From contig NW_026974140.1 in assembly GCF_037042905.1 (NCBI RefSeq), forward strand, positions 746,001-810,000: a stretch of 64,000 nucleotides of DNA, given 5' to 3'. Position 1 is the stretch's first letter, and each line of letters begins with the position of its first letter. This document shows positions 24,060 through 37,059 of this stretch, piece after piece. The stretch comes from Lytechinus pictus (lineage: Eukaryota). The notes under the pieces are model-generated. The model was not told the DNA's origin. It searched no databases and saw nothing but the letters and a program-made list of their open reading frames with translations. The position numbers and the translations under genes were made by a program.

Positions 24060-26805
24060 GGTTCTAGGACAACTACCCCCTGGACAATCACCCCCCCGGA
24101 CAACTACCCCCCGGACAATTACCCCCGGAGGACAATTACCCCCCGGACAATTACCCCCCGGACAATTACCCCCCGAGGACAACTACCCCCCGAGGACAAT
24201 TACCCCCCGGACAACTACCCCCCGGACAATTACCCCCCGGACAACTACCCCCCGGATAATTACCTTCAGAAAATCCCCCTTTCTCTCCAGCATCATTGTT
24301 AGAATTAAGCGGGACCCATTGTAAGTTTTGGTCGGTGGCACAGGTTTCCGAAATATTTTCTACTTTATCTTACGTTAATAACTTTTTCTTTCTCTTTTAT
24401 ATTGCTCTTTCTCCTGTTCTCTCACTTTCTTCTTTTTTCCTTTTTTGTTTTTGTTTAGCTGCGCCTTCTGCATCATGAAAAATGGGGGGGGGGGGGCTTG
24501 CACCCGAAACCTCCCGTTTGGCTATGCATATATACATCAGAAAATTTGTAAACTGGCCCTCATTCAAAGTTTTCATAGAACAATTGAACACGATTAGTCA
24601 TAATAATCACAAATGCTGAATATCTCTGATTCAAACTGATCTGATTTTTTAAAATATCTATTTTGGGTTTAATTTCAGGAATGAAATCAGGCAAATAGAT
24701 AAAACGTAAAAAGACACCTTCATAGGTAGAAATATTGAAAGTCGATAAGGCAACTATCAACACTAACACTGTCAAGTAGACCTATAAATCTGTTATTTTA
24801 AAACAGTTCAACTAACAAGAAGCTAAGAATTATGAAACAATTGGTGCACATTCCAGATTAAGATGTGGCTTTATAACTTAATACAGTAAGCTAAAAAACT
24901 TTATGCAAAGATAATACACACAAGAACACCTTGTAACTTACAAGGTGTTTTTGTGTGTATTATTCTTGGGTGAAAGCAATTAAACATTAAAGAAGGAAAT
25001 TAAGTACCAAATTTACTAAATTGTAAACAATATGACATAATCAAATACAGTGTTTTTTCTATACAAATTGGCAATCATGATAGTATACAATTCGTTTAAG
25101 GTGCATTTTAAGGACGGTTTGTAAGAATTTATAAAGAAGTAGGCCTATGCAAATCAAATAATGCGACCGAGCAGCGTGAGCTAAAAATATTAATATTTAG
25201 ACCATAAAACGGACATTTTACAGAGCACTTGAAAAATCAATTTGTAAATTTAAAAATAATGAAAGCTCGATATCCGAGATGAAATATGTTTTGTATATTG
25301 ACTTCGGAACTTGATATTTTAAGCTCCATATCAGCCTATATTGAGCAAGATATTAATCTCATCGAAAAAGCAATGCAAGCGCGAAGCGCGAGCGGAAAAT
25401 ACTTGATATTCCGGTATGAAAATGGTGAATTTGAGCCCTATCTAAAGCATTGTGTAGGGAAATTGTGAAGTGGATGTGGAAAGCACTTAATAAATGATGC
25501 GAGTGTGAAGCGCGAGCGGATATCTTCATTATTATTTTGACCTAGGACCTGGACATTCTAGGTCTAAGGACATTTTGTCATCATATGAAAATGATGACAA
25601 CTTTCTTATTCCTCTTCCTGAGTGCGATATGAAACATATGAAACTGTGATATTGTCGATATTCTTTTCTGAAAAGGGACAATTTAGTCATTAAGAATTCA
25701 TGAAAATTTTATTATCATATTTATTAATGTAATAAGCCTAAATGAGTGAGTAAAATGTGTTGACACTGAGGCCTGAAAACTGGATATTTTAAGCACTTTT
25801 GTAATCATGAATAGGATTTGTGAGTTGATATATTTTTAACAAAAATGCGAGCGCAAATCGTTAGACGAAATTTTTGGTAAGCTGTCATAAAAGGGGGGTT
25901 TTAAGTAGTTTGTTATATAAAACGGACATCAAACAGAGCACTTAAAAATCAGTTTGTAAATCAAACAAAATAATGAATAATGTCCGAGCTGAAATATGCT
26001 TTGTAATATCAACTTCAAAACTTAATATTTTAAGCTACATATCAGCCTATTTAGCAAGATGTGTATCTCATCGAACAGGCTATGCGAGCGCGAAGTGCGA
26101 GCAAAATAATTCATATAGTGACATGATATATATTTTTTTATCATTTTCCAAGTCATCCCCTGACCTTTTTTTTTTTCACTCGGCTCCCTTCTCTTATTTT
26201 TCCTCCTTTCTTTCCCCTTCTTTTTCTTTTTTCTTTCTTTCCCCCTTTTTTTCATTTTTTTGCTCTGCCGATAGGGGAGGGGGGGGGGCCGGCCGGGCCC
26301 CTCGGCCACCCTGGATCCGCCTATGGATGGAGCTCAATTTTACAGCTTTCTTACGGCGTACGTTTGATTTCAAGATACTCGAGAATGCATAGAGTACTTC
26401 TCACGTCAAACGTACGGACGACGTATGACTCTGTGCACTCCCTTTGTCTAGGGGGTAATTGTCCGGGGGTAGTTGTCCGGAGGGTAATTGTCCGGGGGAT
26501 AGTTGTCCGGGGGGTAATTTTCCGGGGGGTAATTGTCCGGGGGGTAGTTGTCCGGGGGGTAATTGTCCGGGGGGTAGTTGTCCGGGGGGTAATTGTCCGG
26601 GGGTAGTTGTCCGGGGGGTAATTGTCCGGGGGGTAGTTGTCCGGGGGGTAATTGTCCGGGGGGTAATTGTCCTCGGGGGGTAGTTGTCCTCAGGGGGTAA
26701 TTGTCCGGGGGGTAATTGTCCGGGGGGTAATTGTCCTCGGGGGGTAATTGTCCGGGGGGTAGTTGTCCGGGGGGTGATTGTCCAGGGGGTAGTTGTCCTG
26801 ATACC
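24060..26805. mobile_element. MULE/Foldback-type element with 15-bp minisatellite arms
   Basis: Perfect 9-bp TSD TCGAAAATC (24051-24059, 26806-26814). Arms (GGACAAYTACCCCCC)n at 24067-24265 and inverted at 26448-26798. Confidence 0.9.
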
Positions 26806-26809
26806 TCGA

Positions 26810-28460
26810 AAATCCAATATGCCTTCCAAAAACTATTCTAAAATGGCTGCTGATACTTAAAAGTGGAATAGCTCCTTTTATATTCACCTGTGAGATATGA
26901 TTTTGGTGTCTAAACCATAGTTTCAAAAGTGAAATAATAAATTAGGACATAGTTTGTTCAATATCTGTCTGGGGAATATGATTTTGATGTCTAAACCATC
27001 ATCATAAAACCATGGTTTAATGCATTAGAACAAGTTACAAGGACAACCAATGGACTGGTATGTTAACAAATCCAAGATGGCCTCCAAAATGGGGTCTAAA
27101 TTGACTGTTGTTACTTCGAAATGGACATATAATTCATTAATAATACACATTGGGGATATGATTTTGGTGTCTACACTAGTGTTTCAAGGGTCAACTAATA
27201 CTGTACATTGTGTCAAGTTGAATAAACAGTCAGGTGTCAATATTGTGTCCAAAAATTCAAAGATTGTTTGAAAAATGGGGGTTTTAATGTTACTTAAAAG
27301 TGGACATAGTACATTAAAAAAATACTCCTGGGGATGTTATTTTGGTGTCTACATTAGGATTTCAAGGATCAAATGATGCGTTGGGACTGGTTACAATGAT
27401 GTATAGTTGTCCATTTTGCCTGAAAATCCAAGATGGCTTCAATGAATGGGTTAAAAAATGACGACTGTTACTTTGAAGTGGATATGATATCCACTTGTGA
27501 GAATCTACCTTGGATTTTGGACAAAATTGAAAACTAACCATCCTTGTTACTTGTCCTAATGTAATAGTGGACCCTTCATACCACAGTGTAGACACCAAAA
27601 TTGTTTCTGACAGGTTGTATGAACTCTGATATTTTTTGAGTGATAGAAGTCATTTTAGATGCCATTTTGGTCACCCTCTTGGATTTTTAGGCAATTTGGA
27701 CAACTGGATATCATTGTAACAAGTCTAAACGTATTTTTCGAAACTGTAAACCAAAGTTTGAACACCAAAATCATTTTTCCTTGGTTGACTTTCAATGAAC
27801 TATGTCATTTTTTAAGCAACAGACTCCAATTAAACCCCGATTGTTTGAAGCCATCTTGGATGTTTAGACATATTGGATTACTCACTGTCCTTGTAACTTG
27901 TTCCATGTCATGATGTATTTACTGACTTTTAAAACCATGGTTTAGATATCAAAATAATATGCAATTGGCAGATATTACACGAAATATGTCAATTTTTTTG
28001 TAACAGGGCTATTCTATAATCCATTTTTTGAAGCCACCTTGGATTTTTGTCATACTTGACCACTGACTGTTCTTGTAACTTGTCCTAATGTATAGTTTGA
28101 CACATTTCACCATGGCATAAACTTATTCCAGGATATTAAACAAACTACGTTTTTAAATGCAGCAACAACAATTTTGGACTCCATTTTGGAAGCCATCTTG
28201 GATTTTTTTAAATATACTGGACAACTGACTGTCCGTGTAACTTGTCATAGTGTATTACTTGGCCATTGAAACCATGGTCTAGACACCAAATCATATATCC
28301 CAGACGGATATGAAATAAGCTATGTCCATTTATATATCAACAGCCATTTCAAACTCCATTTTCTCAGGGTCTTGGACACATCAGACCACTGGCTGTCCTT
28401 GTAACTAGTCACAATATACTACTTCACCCTTAAAACCATTGCATAGAAACCCCATTAAGC
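26810..28460. repeat. Head-to-head arrays of about 120-bp degenerate repeats (inner foldback)
   Basis: TCCAAGATGGC / TTTTGGTGTCTA units at 23720-24050 and 26810-27480 flip to GCCATCTTGGA / TAGACACCAAAA after the GTGGATAT-G-ATATCCAC axis near 27486. Confidence 0.8.
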
Positions 28461-30089
28461 CACTGAAATTAGATGTCATTTGGTTGTCATGGCAATGGCA
28501 TAAGTTATTTGTATATCAACAGCAAACATAATGCTTTGCACTCTAAAATTAGGGTAAATTTATGACAAAATGCAGATTCTAAACTGTTTTTCGATCAAAT
28601 TTGGTACTTTATACGGGAAAAAAGGAGTCATTGCCATGGCAACGGGCTATATGTAACAGTGATATTTATCATTAAATTCAAGCATTACCAAGGTAACCTC
28701 AAATTTTATCATTCTAATGAACTAATGCGAACCACTGTAATCTTTGTTCAAAATTAATTGACTGGGTCAAACCTTGAGTTAATAGATTGCATTTTCCACC
28801 TGTCCATTATCATGTCAACCATGTTATTTTTTTCAAATTAGATGTTATTTGGTTGCCATGACAATGGCTTAATTAAGATGTAATTTGAATGTTAACAGGA
28901 AACATATCCACTCTTACCCTAAAATTAGGGGAAATGAAAGGAAAAAATCAGATTCTACAGATTTTCTGATCAAAACTGGTACTTTTCTTGGGGAAATGAG
29001 TAGTTGCTATGGCAACAGGTCATTTGCAACGTTGATGTTTATCGAATTCAAGTATTACCAAGGTAACATCAATGTTTATCATTCTAATTAGTTCATGCAG
29101 AACACTCATTGTATTGTTTCCCCTAGATTAATTGAGGTCAATCCTGATGCATACAGTGATGCACATCAAGTTAATTTTCATTTTTTTTCACCTGTCCATA
29201 TCCTTGTCATCCATGTTTTTTTTTTAATTAGATGTTATCTGGTTGCCATGGCAATGGCTTAAGATGTTATATTTATAAATTTAGTCACAAATATATCTCG
29301 ATTAGTACCTTAAAATTATTGAAAATGGAAAGATGATCATACATGTCTGTATTCTACATTCTTATCAATATTTTTACCTTTCTAGAGGGAAATAAGCTGT
29401 TGCCATGGCAACGGGCCCTTTGCAACATTCGTTTTTTTTAATTTAATTCAAGCATTACCAAGGCAACATAATGTTTTATCTTTATAAAGAACTCCTGCAG
29501 AACACTTTCTGTATTTTTTGTTCAAATGAGGGGGTCAAAACTTAAGCTTACAGATTAAGTCATTTCCAGTTGTATTTTCCACCTGTCCATTGTCTTGTTA
29601 ACCATGTTATTTTTGTAAATTGATGTTATTTGGTTGCCATGGCAATGACTTGAGATGCAGTTTATACATTGAGCAACCAAAATATAATTGTTTAACACTG
29701 TAAAATTAGGGGAAATTAAAGATAAATCCTATTCTACAACGTTTTTTTAATCAATTTTTTAATTTTTCTGGGGAAAAACAAGTCGTTGCCATGGCAACGG
29801 ACCAATTGGAACTATCTTGTTAATTTTGAATGTTTCTAAATTTTATATATATTCAATTGGGAACTTGAAAATTATCATTTTGGTCATCTATATCATGTTT
29901 ATTTACCATTTACATGGGAATGTATGTCATTTTCGAGAAATTAATCCGTTGCCATGGCAACGGCCGAAAATGGCATTTTAAAATTTACCTCCCATCTTTA
30001 AAATAAATCTTACGGCATATACTTATACTTGTGAAAGTTTCATGCTTTAGTCAAAATTTGCACAATTGTTCGGCTAATCCGCTCTACTA

Positions 30090-30970
30090 ATAATACATTC
30101 ATCAACATTATTCTCATACTCCCTGTTTGCTGATGATACCAGTCTGATACTATTTGATAAGTCAGTAGAAAAATTGTTACTGGTTGCAAATCAAGAAATT
30201 AAGAAGCTGTATTCATGGTTTTGTTGCAATAAGCTATTGTTGAATATTAAAAAAACCAAGTGCATAATTTTCCGCTCTAAAGGTAAAAGGCTTCCAGGGC
30301 GTATAACTTGTCTTCATATAGGGGGTCATGATGTTGAACCAAGTGCGAATATTTTGTTCTTGGGTTATATATCGATGAGCACAAAAGGATCTTATTCGTC
30401 AGCCATTTGCGAGAACAAATGTCACTCTGACCTCCTTTCATATATCATGTATCAAAGAGTGGAATAATTTACCTGATGATATGGAAAATAGTAAAACTCT
30501 TTTCATGTTAAAAAGATTATCCAAATCTTGCTTTCATGACAGATTATGATTTTTTTCCTTCAATATGTATTTTAAGTTGATGTATTTGCATTTAAGTTGA
30601 TGACCTACTCAGAATTTATGTTTAATATGTGCATAATGGGTGGATGTGGTTGTGTTTGTGGGTGTGTGTATATATGTGTGTTTGTAATAGTGTTCCATTC
30701 TATTTTTAGCATCTTAACCTTATTATATATATTTTTTTCTGTCCTTTTGTATCTTGTAGATTAGTATATCATATGTTTAATGTTAATAATCATAAGTATT
30801 ACAGGGCCCTACTCACAAGCTTTGCTTTAAAGGGGGTCCTAAAACCAATTCGTCTATGCTATAATCTAATTTACGTATGTTTATGTATTCATTTACGTTG
30901 TATATACATCTATTTTGATTATGATGTGATGTTTTTGGTTTTGAATATATAAACTTGATATTGTGATATT
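30090..30970 (+). pseudogene. CR1/L2-group LINE 3' part (RT catalytic FADDT, C-terminus, 3' UTR)
   Basis: HSSTLFSYSLFADDT...WFCCNKLLLNIKKTKCIIF continues the RT interrupted at 20422. Confidence 0.9.
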
Positions 30971-31205
30971 GGACGCCATCATGGATTACGGAAAACCCTC
31001 AAGGAGAATTATATATTAATATACCTTACTAACCTAAGACTCAGACACCCCCCCCCCCCACCAGTGGCCAGGCCTCTTTTGGATGTTGACACTAACTTAT
31101 GATGATTATGTATCACTCGTGTATTTTGTAACTATTGATGCAACATTTTGCTTGGTAAATCTACATCCTTTACACACTAGACCTTTGTTTTTTTTAGTTA
31201 TTATA

Positions 31206-32029
31206 CAGTGCGTCCCACAAAAAACGAAACCGACATTTAGCGAAGATTTATCATAACTTAATCATAAATACAATAGACAAATAACCTATCAGTGTAAAGC
31301 TTAGAATCTCCTCCCTCATCTAAAATTGATTAGTTTATTTTTCATTCACGCATGAGTGAGCAAAAACAATTTGAAGAAAGGACACCAAAAACTCATTTGG
31401 CGGGGGGAGGGGGATCTGAATTTCAAAAAGAAAATCACATGCCTAAAAAGTTCAATATCTGCTCTTTTATTTGATACCTTAATCACAAAAAATGGGCAAG
31501 AAGTAAAAAGTTATGTTCCCTCGAAACAATGTTTGTATTTCCATAATTTCATTAAATAAACGTGTTTTAACCGGTTTCCTAAGAAGCTATCGCACGGTTA
31601 ACAAAAGACTTAATGCATGGCTGATCGTCAAAAAAACGGAATGTCGAGTGAGTTTGAACGCTAGCCTGTAAAACCTCTTCATTTTATGAAATCATTGAAA
31701 TTCAAGCCTTATTTCAAATAAGCAGAACTTTGTTTTTTCTTGACCATTTTCTGTAATTGAGGTATCAAATTAAAGAGCAGATATTGAACTTTTTAAAAAT
31801 GTGGTTTTTTTTTTTTGAAACCCAGATACGGCCCGCTAAATGACTTTTGGTATCCCCTCTTCAAGTTGTTTTTGCTCACTTATGCGTGAATGAAACATAC
31901 AAAAATAAATTCCAGATGAAAGAGGAGATTCTAAGCTTTACAATGGTAGGTCATTTGTCTATTGTATTTGTGATTAAGTTATGATAAATCATCTATAAAT
32001 CTCGGTTTCGTTTTTTGTGGGACGCACTG
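31206..32029. mobile_element. Tc1/mariner-type MITE
   Basis: TA|CAGTGCGTCCCACAAAAAACGAAACCGA...TCGGTTTCGTTTTTTGTGGGACGCACTG|TA, with imperfect TIRs of about 290 bp. Confidence 0.92.
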
Positions 32030-32925
32030 TACATCACCATTGACTCACATTGACGTTAGTTGTCAATAGTATTTGTTTTCATTTGAGCATGGTAGGTCCA
32101 CGCTTTGAGGCATGTGTAACAAATAGAGATTCTTTTAATTAAAAGCTAAACGCTATACCTCACTGGCTTTGCTTATTAGACTATCATATTAATCAACATT
32201 CTATGAAGCTTGCCTTGAACCAGCCTTTTTTATACACATAAATGAAAACTCAATTTATTTCATTTACTTCACTTCAGCAGGTGTACCTTTTAGCAAAGGC
32301 CTAAAAATTTGATCCCAAAATTGAATCATTTTTTTGGCCATGTTGCTTACGTTGGCGTCCAAATATTCCTTGCATTGAACATGTTGAACACTTGACCTAA
32401 TGCAATTTATTAACTATATAATTTCAATAGTCTGTTGCTAGTAGCTGCATTCTAGTAACTCATGATATCAATACCAGTCAAGCTGTCAATTGCCTATTTG
32501 TAATTTTGAATTGATGCATTTTTAATCTAACCTTTATTCAGTCAGATCCGATAATGCACAATATATAAAAAGAAAAAGATCAGTAACAGAGAGCGTGAAC
32601 TCTGCCCTATAATTATGATACTTTTATGATACGCATATATACTATGTCTTGTATTATTGATAATCAATGAAAGACATAACATGTAGCATGTAAGGTCATT
32701 GCCTATGCTCTCTTTACTGTCTTTCAATAAGTATTTTTTTTAACTAAGGTTTTTTTTTATTGATTAATACGTCAGCTCCATCATGTTCATGGGCATTTAC
32801 ATTAAATAATACCTGGTATTGAGATTAATCCTTGACATAACTTTTCTGTATCTTGATAATTACCTCTGATGTATGTTACTAAGTTTAAATACCTTTTTCC
32901 ACTATTGTGTCCTGGTTTTTATTAA

Positions 32926-33510
32926 AGAAGAATGAAACTCTTGGAGCAAGTTAGCTTTTGTGAAAGCAGAAAAAATCAAAGAATAAGATCAACAAAAGTT
33001 TGAGTAAAATAGGACTAGCAATAGAAGAGTTATGAGCATTTGAATGTCGAGATCACTAATGCTAGGGAGATCCTCCCATTGGCAACGCAACCAAGATCTA
33101 TGATATCACAGATGAACAACTCTCCCCTTTTGGACACTGAAAATATGCCCCAAAACATCTCTTTTTGCTCATTCTAATCATATGACAAACGATTCATCAA
33201 TGGTATAACGTTGTGAAACCTCTGTACTTGTCCTCTCATAAAGAGAACACCGCACCTTGTGATAGATTCTATAAAAGTGATAATATAAGTAGAATAAGTA
33301 CTAAAGCAATGAGGGAGTTGTACGTGTGTGACATCACAGATCTTGGTCTCATTGCCAATAGGAGGATCTACATGGCATTAGTGATCTCAATATTCAAATG
33401 CTCATAACTTTCTTATTATTCATTCAATCTTCCTCAAACTTTCAACAATATGTTTTTTTGATTTTTCTCTTTGATATGGATTCAGCTGGTTTCAAGGGTT
33501 TCATTCTCCT
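32926..33510. mobile_element. Kolobok-like MITE, TTAA TSD
   Basis: TTAA|AGAAGAATGAAAC...GTTTCATTCTCCT|TTAA. Same family as 38388-38970. Confidence 0.9.
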
Positions 33511-35364
33511 TTAAGGAAACGTTTATAAAATTGTGCCCAAATATTTCTTACATTTAAAAAAAAATTGACTCAATGTACATATAATTATTCTATAGGCCAT
33601 GTAGGCTATCACTGCAGTCAGTACATCACTTGCCAATTATTCTAACATGTTGTTTGAATCCACCCTATTCATTTCAGTGCAGCAGTTATAAATTCATATT
33701 GAAAAAAATTGTAACAAAATGTCCATAAAACGTACATGTTTATTATTCGCCTCTAGGATGCATTCAGACAGTAATCACACGAAAATAATAGTGATTATGC
33801 TAATGAAAATCTGTAGCCTGATTTATTTTTTTTTTTCAATTTTTAATATCAACTGGAAACTGTTGGTGGATATCTCGCATTTATTTTTAAACACGGATCC
33901 TTGGACACGTTGGAGTATCCTTTCCATTCTGGCGAGTGATGCACATTGTCCTTTATTTTTTATGTTAGGTATGAGATTGAGGGTGTCTTGAATCATGATG
34001 TAGGCTTTGATCCCGGATGGTGAGATATTGTATCTACAATGTGTGCCCTTTCTTAGAGATGTAAACAAATTTGTTACACCACTTTGAATGAAAATGTTTA
34101 CATTATTATACCAAAAGCCTAGCATTCCCGTGTTCAAGTTTTTATTGGGCATGCGCATCCCATATCATGGTTTTTAGGTTCTCTCATTTTTTTTTAATAC
34201 ATATCAATCCATTTTAAATAATAATATTCAATCGAATGTATCGTACATGTATTCCCATCTATCCTTAGATCATTCCTTTTCAGCCATATTCAGGCCTAAT
34301 GAGTTTTTGAAATATGTTGTTTACAATATATAAAGGCTTATGTTAACACATCTAACTAAACGGATATTTATTTGTTTTCTTCTCTGCTCAGATGTGCAAC
34401 TTTGAGCTATGAAACAAAACTATTGTAAGCAAAATGATATACCTTAGCGTGTAAAAAAAGAATAAGATAAAACATATTAAAATAAAAGATAAAATTAACT
34501 TAGATAAAACAAGAATCTGCTGAAGGATTTTATTACTGTTTGATGAAGTTTCTTTATCACAAATTTTCGAGAATATAAAGTATTTATGTCTATATTGCAA
34601 CGTTGCACTTTCAAAATTTGTGGCAATTCACTTAGTTACAGATTAAAGATGCACATATCAGTTTAGTAAAATATATGTAAAGATAACTGCAGGTATTTGC
34701 GTTTTTTAGTTGTTACATTGTCTTTATAAAACAATCATCAAACTGTGGTGTATGCAGATAGTCTCGCCTTTTGATTTAATATATTCTAATAGTAATAGTT
34801 TTGATTGTATGAAGTTTATCTTGTCCAACAACTCTTAATTTCTTAAGAAGATCTCAGTCCTTACTTATGACAAGACTATGAATAATGTATTTTTTAAAAA
34901 TCTGATTAATGGTATTCATTTTTACTCACCAAATGTGTATAAGAAAAGAGATATGATAGCATTCAAGGCAATTTATTTTGAATAATTCATGTCGTAATGC
35001 ATCCCTGATAGCAGACACGGTCGTAATGACGTCATTAACTGATCGTAAAGTGGTAATACTCGTCATGTCGTCGTATTTATGACGTTCTTACGACGTCATT
35101 TTGACGACTTAGAATGGCAACTTTCTTTTGCATTTTTATTTGACAAAACTTCGAGTGACCATGGTCGTGAACAGGCGTGTCTGATTTGAGCTCCGTGATC
35201 CATGGACTTTGTGTGTTTGAACGGCTGAGATTCTTATTTTCTCCTCATTAAATTATATCGCCTCATTCTCATCTTATAGTGGATAGTATCTACATTCCAT
35301 CTTTATCATCGTTGATGATAATTTTCTCTTCATTCTGGACCACTTGTAATGAGTGTACATAGCC

Positions 35365-36066
35365 ATGACAAGGAGCAAACGGAACGCCGCTGATGACCTT
35401 GCTAAGGATATAAGGGAGGAAGTTCAGAGAGTACTTGAGGCCAACAGTGAATTCCTCGACCCCCTTGTAAGTAAGATCAAGGCTACTATTATTGATGAAT
35501 TAACTACATTGATTACCCAAAAGGTTGGTGACAACCTAAGGGAAAACTTGAATTTCGAAATTGCGTCGAGGGATGAAAAGATAAACAAACTAGAAAAGGA
35601 GATAGAAATGATAAAGGAGCAGCAGGATGAAGCCGAGCAGTACTCATGAAGGAACTGTCTTGTGTTTCATGGTTTGAAGGAGAGTGAGGATGACAACACA
35701 AATGAGATTGTGAAAGAAGTATGTGAGGAGAAACTGAAAATTAACATTCAAGATGGCGACTTCGATAGGTCCCACCGATTGGGCGCCAAAAGGGAGAAGT
35801 CACGTGGGATCATCGCGCGCTTTACTAGCTACGACATTCGTAACCGAATCTACCAAGCTAGGAGGATCTTGAGAGGTCTCGAAGGAGACCCCGTCTTCAT
35901 ACAGGAGAGCCTGACTAAGTCGAGATCTACTCTGTTTTGGGAAATCAAGTCCAAATACAAAAACAAATATAAAAGTATATGGACTCAAGATGGCCGCATT
36001 TGCGTCATAACAAACGATGGTCATCGACATACGCTGACAAAGGAAGCCCATATTCGAAGATTATAA
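35365..36066 (+). pseudogene. LINE ORF1 (coiled coil plus RRM/CTD, L1TD1-like), one in-frame stop
   Basis: MTRSKR...EAEQYS*RNCLVFHGLKE...DRSHRLG...IIARFTSY...FIQESLT...WTQDGRI. Confidence 0.88.
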
Positions 36067-37059
36067 TCTACTGGAATCATCTACAACAGTGGAAGCATCT
36101 ACAATAGCATCTCTTCAGGGTTTTGGATACAGTGAACTACATATTGTTCATTATAGGTTGTCGTGGTCAAACTACTTTATTTTATAGAAGTCGGCCCTGA
36201 TCTCGGATTTACCTTGTTACCATTGAACTTTTCTTTTTAACTTTTAAGCTTGTCCGACGTACTATGCAGGATTATCCTTCACACCCAGGATTATAGTTGA
36301 TCGCACGTAAACAATTACTGATTTCAGCTTCTAATCTGATCTTCTCTGAAAGAACACTGACTGTAACGTATTTAGTATACCTTTTGGGTTTGCCTAATGA
36401 AGTGATGAAGTGGTGTTGTTCTATGAACTGTTGAGGAACCATTTTGTAATATTCTAAACGTAGCCGTTTGTTACCACACAGACCTTTGGGTCACTGTTTC
36501 GGTTAATTTTTGGTACTTTTGAACAAACTTTTATGTATATTGTATTTATTTATTCATTTATTCATTTACTTTTCTAATATCATAGTTGTATCATATGTTT
36601 TAACTTTGTTTTATTGTTATTGCATATACTTGTTGGGGGTAATGGTACAATTTCCTTGTGTTCTTTGTAACAAAAATGTAAATTCAAATCATAAATCACT
36701 TAAATGCACTACGTGTTGTAAATGGGTACACATATCTTGCGCACGGATTCCAGTTAAGGTGTATAATGATACTTCAATGGTCTTTTTTCAACTGGGAGTG
36801 TACAAAATGTATTTTCAAGCATCTACCATGTTTTATAGAAGAAAGCAATGAAGCATATAATGAAAATGAAAGTAATACACATCATCGTAAAAAGAAAGAT
36901 AGCGTTTGTTTGAAATATGATCAGATGTCTGATAAAGGTATTAAGTTTGTTCACTTGAATGTAGCCAGCCTTCTGAAAAATTACGATGAAATTAAACATA
37001 TTTTGAATGTAAATGACATACACGTTTTTGCTTTAAACGAAACTAGATTGGATAGCTTG

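Larger units (their letters stand above)
20423..30089. mobile_element. 9.7-kb non-coding foldback DNA transposon, Academ-like
   Basis: Termini TAGTAGAGCGGATTAGC / GCTAATCCGCTCTACTA flanked by ATA on both sides. Inverted arms exceed 1.5 kb and are built of about 390-bp repeats. It splits the LINE RT between IND and FADDT. Confidence 0.85.

Noticed and set aside
23868..26926. ORFs with PPDNY / RTITP / GGNCP repeats that resemble repetitive structural proteins
   Set aside because: They are translations of the 15-bp minisatellite arms of a TSD-flanked transposon and are open in several frames.
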